The notes below the pieces were generated by a model. The model was not told where the DNA came from and made no database searches. It saw only the letters and a program-made list of their open reading frames with translations. Of a stretch of DNA of 64,000 bases, positions 57,608 to 64,000 are shown in pieces. The stretch is from Gammaproteobacteria bacterium (GTDB taxonomy: Bacteria; Pseudomonadota; Gammaproteobacteria; Eutrophobiales; Eutrophobiaceae), in contig CBDCDS010000003.1 in the NCBI GenBank assembly GCA_965215365.1, forward strand, positions 768,001-832,000. The letters are read 5' to 3'. Each line of letters opens with the position of its first letter. Position 1 is the stretch's first letter. The translations under genes were made by a program, and so were the position numbers.

Positions 57608-57845
57608 CCCGCAGATCTCACCCAGTCGCTTGTTGCCTTGTGAAACATCATTGCTCTCAATAAGTGATGATCATACTGCTGCTCTTTCCACCTAACCCAC
57701 TGCGCTTGATGCGCCCTCGCGGGTCTTGGTGCTGCCTGCGGGCACGTGCTTGTTCAACCAGAGAACCACTATGCTCATCGTCGCAGGCACCCGCAGGCAG
57801 CACCAATCCGGTGCGATCTTCGCATCACCCGGTGAGATCTGCGGG
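57608..57845. repeat. Single 238-bp MITE copy
   Basis: TIRs CCCGCAGATCTCACC / GGTGAGATCTGCGGG; flanks CTAG / CTGG. Confidence 0.9.
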
Positions 57846-57863
57846 CTGGCCATTATAGCATCA

Positions 57864-58268
57864 TCAGATGTTCCCGACATCCCGCAACCAGCCTTCTAGG
57901 ATCACCTGGGCGGCGATATGGTCTGTATGCACCCGGCGCTGTTGTCGGGACCTGGCTTCGATGGTAGTCAGTCGCTCGTCGGCGCGCAGCACCGGCAGCC
58001 GATAACGACCGCGGAGCTTGCGTGCGAAGGCGTCGGCGGCATCACCGAGGCGCTGCCGGCTGCCGTCCATATTCAGCGGCTCGCCCACCACCAGCGCCTG
58101 CGGTTGCCATTCGCCGAGCAGCGCGCCGATGCGGTTCCAGTCCGGACGGCCGTTGCGCGCCGGGATGATTTCCAGCGGCGTGGCCGTGGCAGTCAGCGTC
58201 TGCCCTACTGCCACGCCGATGCGTTTGATGCCGAAATCAAAGCACAACAAGGTAGTGGGGCGCGACAC
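57864..58268 (-). CDS. ruvX: YqgF/RuvX pre-16S rRNA nuclease
   Basis: FDFG.KRIGVAVG, VVG.PLNMDG, DERLTT.EA, D..AA..ILE. Confidence 0.93.
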   Translation of the reverse strand: MSRPTTLLCFDFGIKRIGVAVGQTLTATATPLEIIPARNGRPDWNRIGALLGEWQPQALVVGEPLNMDGSRQRLGDAADAFARKLRGRYRLPVLRADERLTTIEARSRQQRRVHTDHIAAQVILEGWLRDVGNI

Positions 58269-58284
58269 CTGGTGTTGTTTCAGG

Positions 58285-58845
58285 TCAGGCGTGTCCGCAA
58301 CTGGCCGAAAGTTGATGGTGATGAATGCCCAGCAGCGCCGTGGCCGCAGACCAGCGCAACTCACACGGTGTATTGAAGATGATCTCCGGGTCTGCGGACA
58401 CATTCAGCCAGGAGTTTTCCTTGATTTCCTCTTCCAGTTGTCCGGCGGTCCAACCGGCGTAGCCCAGCGCAATGAGGAACTGCTGCGGCCCGGCGTTTTC
58501 GGCGATGGCATGCAATATGTCCCGGGATGTGGTAATGCCCAGCACATCGCTGACACGAATCGAGGAGTCCCACCCGCTATCGGGTTCATGCAGTACAAAT
58601 CCCCGGTCGGTGTGAACCGGCCCGCCCTGATACACAGGCAGCCTGGCAATGGCCTGATCGTCCGGCGTCAGCTCCATCTGCGTGAGAATTTCACCCAGCT
58701 CGCAATTCGCCGGACGGTTGAGCACCAGCCCCATGGCGCCCTCATCATTATGCGCGCAGATGTAGGTGACTGTCTGAGAAAAGTTGGGGTCTCTCAGACT
58801 GGGCATAGCAATGAGAAACTGGTTGGTCAGGTTATTGAACTGCAT
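58285..58845 (-). CDS. YqgE/AlgH family protein
   Basis: FLIAMP.L.DPNF, GAMGLV.NRP, GGPV, LGYAGW..GQLE.E, GHA end. Confidence 0.94.
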   Translation of the reverse strand: MQFNNLTNQFLIAMPSLRDPNFSQTVTYICAHNDEGAMGLVLNRPANCELGEILTQMELTPDDQAIARLPVYQGGPVHTDRGFVLHEPDSGWDSSIRVSDVLGITTSRDILHAIAENAGPQQFLIALGYAGWTAGQLEEEIKENSWLNVSADPEIIFNTPCELRWSAATALLGIHHHQLSASCGHA

Positions 58846-59112
58846 GAGCTACCTCGGTGCGTAGTCGCTGCACTACAAACAGCGTTTATGGCGGCGGGCC
58901 TGGTGAATCTGAACGACATAGCTGTAATAGTATCCCCATACGCAACAGAATGCCACCTGAAGCATAGGCTTGCTACAAAAAACTATGTCTTGAACCTGCC
59001 GTACGGTCCCGCTAACACAGCCGTCGGGGACCAGCGAGGCGCACCTGACAGCTCTACCGATGCGGACTGAATGCTTACCAAGACGACTTTCTGACCCCGC
59101 TTTTCAAGCTTT

Positions 59113-59182
59113 AGCGGATTTGGACGTCCGCAGGACGCCCGCAGGGGGCGTCCCAAGGATGGGACGCATCACCAAATACCAC
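59113..59182. repeat. 70-bp REP-like direct repeat, copy A (copy B at 61896-61965)
   Basis: AGCGGATTTGGACGTCCGCAGGACGCCCGCAGGGGGCGTCCCAAGGATGGGACGCATCAC.AAATACCAC, one mismatch between copies. Confidence 0.85.
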
Positions 59183-59203
59183 GCCGCCTGCCAACCAGCA
59201 ACA

Positions 59204-60664
59204 TCAGGTTTGCAAATTCGCTGTGAGTTGTTGCAGCAGTGCAGGTTTATCCAATTTGCCTGAGGATGTTTTCGGCAACTCAGCAAGCGCCACGTAACGG
59301 GTCGGGATTTTGTAGGGTGCCAGTTGTTTTCGGCAATGCTCATCTAAGACGTTTTGGGGGAGGTCGTCGCTCGTAGCGATGAACGCCGTGACGGACTCCC
59401 CGAATTTTTCCGAGGGTTCGCCGATGACGGCTGCTTCCCTGATGGCCGGTAGCTGCACCAGCACAGCCTCGATTTCTGCCGGGTAGATGTTGACGCCGCC
59501 GCGATTGATCACGTCCTTGTCGCGCCCGCGCAGGATGATGTGTCCGTGCTCCAGTTTTGCGGCCAGATCGCCGGGGTAGAACCAGCCTTGCGGACCGGTC
59601 GTCTGCTCGGTGCCGTCGGCGTCGATGAAGCGTGCGGCGACGCCCGGGCCGCGATAGCGCAGGCGCCCGGTTGCTCCGGTTGCCACGGGTCGGTCCCGGT
59701 CATCCACGACCTGGACTTCGGTTCTGAAAGTGGGGCGGCCGGCTGTGTGGGCGTAGTCATCGAACTCCGCCGCCGTCAAGACGGAGATGCCACCACCTTC
59801 GCTGGAGGCGTAGTAGCCGACCAGCCCGGGGCTGATTTTTTTGCATACAGCCGCCGCTTCCGGCGGGTGCAGTGCGGCACCGCTGACCAGCAACTTGTGC
59901 AGGCTCGGCAGCACTAACCCGTCCCGGTGCAGAGGCAGCAGCTCGCGTAATTGCGTTGGCACCAGAAAGGTCGCCGTGGCGCCGGCGGCGTTGATGGCAC
60001 TGACCAGTTGCTCAGGCTTGTGGGGGGGCGGGTCGAGTATGACTGTGGCGCCGGCAGCCAGAAAGGACATGGCAAACGCGCGCCCGGCGCCGAAATAGAG
60101 CGGCGTCAACCCGATAAACCGATCCTGTGAGTTAAAACCGATGCTCACCCACTGGCTGATAAAGCGCTGGTACAGCTGCTCGTGGGTCACCAGCGCGCCC
60201 TTGGGCCGACCCGTGGTGCCAGATGACAGCGAAATAAGCAGGGTCAGGTCGGGGCCCTCCGGCAGCGGCGGCAGCGGGCCGGGGTCGGCGTCATGGTGAA
60301 CCTGGTCCAGCGTCAGGCATTTTGCCCCCTCCGACCTGCTGGCGTGTTCCTCCAAAATGAGCAGCTTTGCCTTGAAAGTGGTTGCCGCGGCGGTCTTCTC
60401 AGCGGTCGTCCAGCGCTGATCGATGGGCAGGATGACCGCGCCCAGGCGCGCCAGGGCATAATGCAGGATCAGGTGCCCCGGATGCTCCTTCAGGGCCAGA
60501 CCCACCCGGTCACCCGGTCCGATGCCATGCTCATGCAGGCACGCGGCATAGCCCTGCAGGCGTTGCCACAGCGCCAGATAACTGAGCCGCTCCGGGCCAA
60601 ATTCCAGAGCCGTTTTATCGCCATGGCTATACGCGTGGCACTGCAGGATGGACGCCAGATTCAT
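59204..60664 (-). CDS. Acyl-CoA synthetase / AMP-binding enzyme
   Basis: SSGTTGRPKG, YYASSEG, GDL, GR.KD.I..GG.NIYP.EIE, LPKT.SGK. Confidence 0.9.
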   Translation of the reverse strand: MNLASILQCHAYSHGDKTALEFGPERLSYLALWQRLQGYAACLHEHGIGPGDRVGLALKEHPGHLILHYALARLGAVILPIDQRWTTAEKTAAATTFKAKLLILEEHASRSEGAKCLTLDQVHHDADPGPLPPLPEGPDLTLLISLSSGTTGRPKGALVTHEQLYQRFISQWVSIGFNSQDRFIGLTPLYFGAGRAFAMSFLAAGATVILDPPPHKPEQLVSAINAAGATATFLVPTQLRELLPLHRDGLVLPSLHKLLVSGAALHPPEAAAVCKKISPGLVGYYASSEGGGISVLTAAEFDDYAHTAGRPTFRTEVQVVDDRDRPVATGATGRLRYRGPGVAARFIDADGTEQTTGPQGWFYPGDLAAKLEHGHIILRGRDKDVINRGGVNIYPAEIEAVLVQLPAIREAAVIGEPSEKFGESVTAFIATSDDLPQNVLDEHCRKQLAPYKIPTRYVALAELPKTSSGKLDKPALLQQLTANLQT

Positions 60665-60713
60665 AGCTCACCCGTTGCTGCGAAGATGGCGCCGGATTGC
60701 TCCCGCCTGCGGG

Positions 60714-61577
60714 TCAGTCGAGCCGGTAGATGCGACGCACATTGTCGCGCAGAAATTTTTGCAGCGCGGTCGGTTTTAATTCCAGCGCGTCAATCTCCTG
60801 CCGGGTGCGTTTGAAATTGAGCACCGGAAAGTCGGTACCGAAGATCACCTTGTCCTGACCGTAACTGTTGATATAGTTGACGAAGCTCGCCGGCCAGTAT
60901 TTCGGACTGTGGGCATCGGCGCCGATATAGACGTTCTCGTGCTTCCAGGCCATGGCGATCATCTCGTCCGCCCACGGGATGCCGACATGGATGCCAACCA
61001 GTCTGAGCTCCGGGAAGTCACAGGCCACCGGGTCCAGACTGATGGGTCGTCCCACGCTTTTGCAGGGAAACTCTTTCGAGTAGATCATGGATTGCCCGAC
61101 CTGTAACTGTATCGGGATATCCAGTTCGCAACACTTGGCATAGAAGGGATAGTATTTGGCATGGTCGGGCGCCAGTTCAAACCAGTGCGGGTACAGGTGC
61201 GCGCCGATAAAGCCCATGTTACGCACCGCGTCTTCCAGTTCCTGCACGCCAGCCATGCCCATGAACGGGTCGATACCCAGCAGTCCGGAGAAATGTTCGG
61301 GATATTTGTCCACGGCCTTAGCCACGATTGCCGGCGGCAGGTGGTAACACCCCGGCAACCCGGGCCGGCCGGACTTGGCGGCGACCAGAAAACCATGCCC
61401 GATGCCGGCCTCCTGCATCAGCTCGATCATCTGTTCCAGCGACAAACCCTGCATCAGGCCGCGCGGCGCCCTCATCTTGCCGGCGAAGAACTCATCGCGC
61501 CAGCCGGGACGGTGCGCCAGCGCTTCCTCCGTCCAGATATTGACCACGGCGTCGATGGCATTGATGTTATTCAACAT
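60714..61577 (-). CDS. Amidohydrolase_2 family protein
   Basis: HLYPHWF, YYPFYAKCCEL..P, H.G.PW, KV.FGTDFP. Confidence 0.88.
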   Translation of the reverse strand: MLNNINAIDAVVNIWTEEALAHRPGWRDEFFAGKMRAPRGLMQGLSLEQMIELMQEAGIGHGFLVAAKSGRPGLPGCYHLPPAIVAKAVDKYPEHFSGLLGIDPFMGMAGVQELEDAVRNMGFIGAHLYPHWFELAPDHAKYYPFYAKCCELDIPIQLQVGQSMIYSKEFPCKSVGRPISLDPVACDFPELRLVGIHVGIPWADEMIAMAWKHENVYIGADAHSPKYWPASFVNYINSYGQDKVIFGTDFPVLNFKRTRQEIDALELKPTALQKFLRDNVRRIYRLD

Positions 61578-61603
61578 GGAGCTTCCTCAGCATCTTTGCA
61601 TCA

Positions 61604-61991
61604 TAAGGGCGTCTCTGAAAATCAGAGGTTACCATAACCTGTTTATCGGCGCTTGTGGATAACATGGGCGCGTTCAAGGTGACTTTTATGGTCACCTCTC
61701 ACAAACACGAGGTGGCCGTGCAGTACAGGGATGTGCTGCCAGTAACTGCAAGCACGTAAGTGCTTGAAAATGACCAATCGGCAGGATAGCCGATTGGCAC
61801 AGCGATAGCGGCCCGTAGGGTTGCGTCCACGGAGGGACGCAATGAGGGAAATGAAAAATCGCATTTTTTCGTTTCCGTCTCACAAATCCGCCCGGAGCGG
61901 ATTTGGACGTCCGCAGGACGCCCGCAGGGGGCGTCCCAAGGATGGGACGCATCACAAAATACCACAGAGGGTATTTTTAGAGGTTACTATA
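61604..61991. repeat. Composite intergenic repeat cluster (30-bp element, REP-like hairpins, 70-bp repeat copy B)
   Basis: TAAGGGCGTCTCTGAAAATCAGAGGTTACC at 61604; hairpins matching 53840-53910 and 59113-59182; ends with TTTTTAGAGGTTACTA. Confidence 0.7.
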
Positions 61992-62033
61992 TGGCACAAT
62001 GCCGTAAGAAACGGCCAGACACAACAATGAGAA

Positions 62034-62906
62034 ATGCTGAATTTCGGCTCATCACCTGAACCTGTTCCCGGTCCGGACCGGGAGTTGCTGACAAAATGGA
62101 TCGGGTGTATGGAAAACTATGGACAAAGCTGGCTCGACGATATCGGCAAGGACTACTTCTCTCAGGAATATTGGTATCTGTTTACTATCACGCTGGTTTA
62201 CCACTGGCGTCAGACCCCTCTCAGCGTAAGCGAAGCATGTGACTCCATGAAAACCGGGTCCTCCAAAACTCGGGAAAATCGTCTCAAAAAACTCATCACA
62301 GAACACTTTTTCATCAAGATAAAAAACCAGACGGACTTACGCAGAACCTATCTTGAACCAACCACTGAAATGTTGTTGGGAGGACGCAAACATTTCAGTG
62401 GCAGCCTGGGAAGGGCTATTCAGTTTCTGGATGATGCACGATTGCTGGCATCCAATCCCCAACCCCTGCTGGATGGAATTCTAAGTGACGGTGAACACAT
62501 TGATAAAAATTACCTGTTGCCGTGGGCGGAGTTTCTGATTGGTTACACCAATGACTGGAATAACACCTTCAGCAAAAGATTTCATACTGAGGAATACTGG
62601 TATCCTTTTGTCTATTGCCTGCTGGCTTGTTGGAGAGGACAACGGCTGACTACCAGTGAAGTGTGTCAGTGTATGCGCACCGGTTCGGGCAGGACCAAGG
62701 AGAAACGAGTCTCTTTGGCAGTGAGTCGTGGCATGTTGGTAAAACAAAAAAGCAGTTGTGACCTCAGAACAACGTATATTTTGACGAGCAGCGTGTTGGA
62801 AGAATTACTTATCAGCCATTTCGGCAGAACGCTCAACAACCTGTTGAGCCTGACACGAGGTTTGCTGGAGCGACAACAGGCGTTAAGCGCTGGTTTGCCA
62901 GACTGA
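62034..62906 (+). CDS. Hypothetical protein with two tandem MarR-like winged-helix repeats
   Basis: EYWY.F....L...WR...L..SE.C..M.TGS..T.E.R...DLR.TY occurs twice. Confidence 0.65.
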   Translation: MLNFGSSPEPVPGPDRELLTKWIGCMENYGQSWLDDIGKDYFSQEYWYLFTITLVYHWRQTPLSVSEACDSMKTGSSKTRENRLKKLITEHFFIKIKNQTDLRRTYLEPTTEMLLGGRKHFSGSLGRAIQFLDDARLLASNPQPLLDGILSDGEHIDKNYLLPWAEFLIGYTNDWNNTFSKRFHTEEYWYPFVYCLLACWRGQRLTTSEVCQCMRTGSGRTKEKRVSLAVSRGMLVKQKSSCDLRTTYILTSSVLEELLISHFGRTLNNLLSLTRGLLERQQALSAGLPD

Positions 62907-63920
62907 TGACAAAAAATTCAGAAGCGCTTGATTGAATTCTGCGGGTTTCTCCAGAAAGGGCGTGTGTCCCGCGTCCTCAATGCCCCGCTCCTTAAAAACG
63001 CCGCCGTTGTTGCGGTAGCCTTCAAGGACATGGCGAATTTGTCTCAGCATGGGTTGTGGAGGACATGAATGACTTCCCCCCCCGCTTGTTTCCTCGGGGC
63101 AAGGGTGTTGCAGTTCGTCCCCATTACAAATTATCAGGTCATCAACACCGCGCATCCAGAGGAGAGGGGGCTTGGGTTGGATGTTTACTATCCCTGAGGC
63201 ATCAAAATAACGGGCGGAAAACGCATTGACGACGCCGCGTTCTCCCGGAGCTGAACCCTGCCAAAAAGGTGATGTGACCGCGTTTCCCGGGTACCAGTCA
63301 TTACCGACATGGGTGGCAAGCATTGCATCGACTAACTGATCAATATTGTCGGGAACAAAAGGGGGCTTGAAGTATAATCGCTCAAGAACGTTACGAGGCG
63401 ACAGAGCATGTTCCCTGCTACGGTCCCCTGCAGCCAAACGCCGAATAAATTCGGCATCGACATACCCGGCGCCTCCGGGGGAGCCATCCGGGTGACAAGG
63501 GGTTCCCCGCTCATCGACTGAGCCGGCGTAGCCATAGGGAGAAATAGTGTTTACCAGAGTTACACTGCCCAGAATATCGGGACGCAATAACATCATCTTC
63601 ATTGCCACGCCGCCGCCCATACTGTGTCCAACAAGGTGAAAACGAGATATTTTAAGTGCGGCGATCAGGGCAAGAATGTCTTCCACCATATCGTTGAGGC
63701 CCAAGGTGGCATCTATTTTCAAAGGTTCCGTTGCGCCGAACCCTCGAAGGTCGGGCGCAACGCAGAAAAAATCATCCTGCAACACCGCCATCGCCCGCTC
63801 CCAGAAAACGGATGAGGAGAGGTTGCCGTGAATAAACAGGATCACCTCGGCTGCCGGGTCGCCGCAAGTCAAGGCGTTGACGGTTATACGTGGCGTGCTA
63901 ATAATTCTCGCCGTTGGCAT
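62883..63920 (-). CDS. Alpha/beta-fold hydrolase
   Basis: FIHGNLSS, APDLRGFG, GHSMGG, GHTPF.EKP. Confidence 0.9.
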   Translation of the reverse strand: MPTARIISTPRITVNALTCGDPAAEVILFIHGNLSSSVFWERAMAVLQDDFFCVAPDLRGFGATEPLKIDATLGLNDMVEDILALIAALKISRFHLVGHSMGGGVAMKMMLLRPDILGSVTLVNTISPYGYAGSVDERGTPCHPDGSPGGAGYVDAEFIRRLAAGDRSREHALSPRNVLERLYFKPPFVPDNIDQLVDAMLATHVGNDWYPGNAVTSPFWQGSAPGERGVVNAFSARYFDASGIVNIQPKPPLLWMRGVDDLIICNGDELQHPCPEETSGGGSHSCPPQPMLRQIRHVLEGYRNNGGVFKERGIEDAGHTPFLEKPAEFNQALLNFLSSVWQTSA

Positions 63921-64000
63921 CAGTTTGCATCTCCCGGAGCTTGCGTTTCAATTCCTGTTTCATGACTTTCCCCGCAGCAGACATGGGTAAATCCGGCAGA

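Noticed and set aside
59012-59025. 14-nt match (CTAACACAGCCGTC) to the 5' end of the abiF-associated RNA, considered as a target or second copy
   Set aside because: The match does not extend and the rest of the structure is absent; compatible with chance
61991-62010. TGGCAC upstream of the tandem wHTH gene as a sigma54 promoter
   Set aside because: No GC at the -12 position

Overview
GC-rich Gammaproteobacterial chromosome segment. The backbone is housekeeping genes: algC-pyrE-xth, yggS-proC-yggT, tRNA-Glu, pcnB-folK-panBC, regBA, ppk2, argB, cysE-valS-holC-pepA-lptFG and yqgE-ruvX-pyrRBC'K. Several accessory or defence patches interrupt it. (1) An IS481-bracketed cassette holds an AbiF/Abi_2 HEPN gene, preceded by a sigma70 promoter and a roughly 85-nt structured RNA (type III toxin-antitoxin-like). 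(2) A decayed TA/RM patch with a third IS481 copy lies downstream of tRNA-Glu. (3) An IS66-type element carries a compact DNA adenine methyltransferase and is followed by a Sel1 protein, VapBC, an AAA_14 ATPase and HigBA(ImmA). (4) A lower-GC Zorya type II-like zorAB pair has a signal peptide and YHYH motif on ZorA, and a membrane protein in place of ZorE. (5) A type III R-M locus has a C-terminally truncated Res. An orphan pqqA peptide gene, too short for the ORF track, has a sigma54-type promoter. At least four families of miniature repeats occupy intergenic regions, and some supply start codons or sit on stop codons. Several genes have a -10 box 6-8 nt before the ATG, which suggests leaderless mRNAs. 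All calls are by eye from motifs and recalled family features; no database searches were run.
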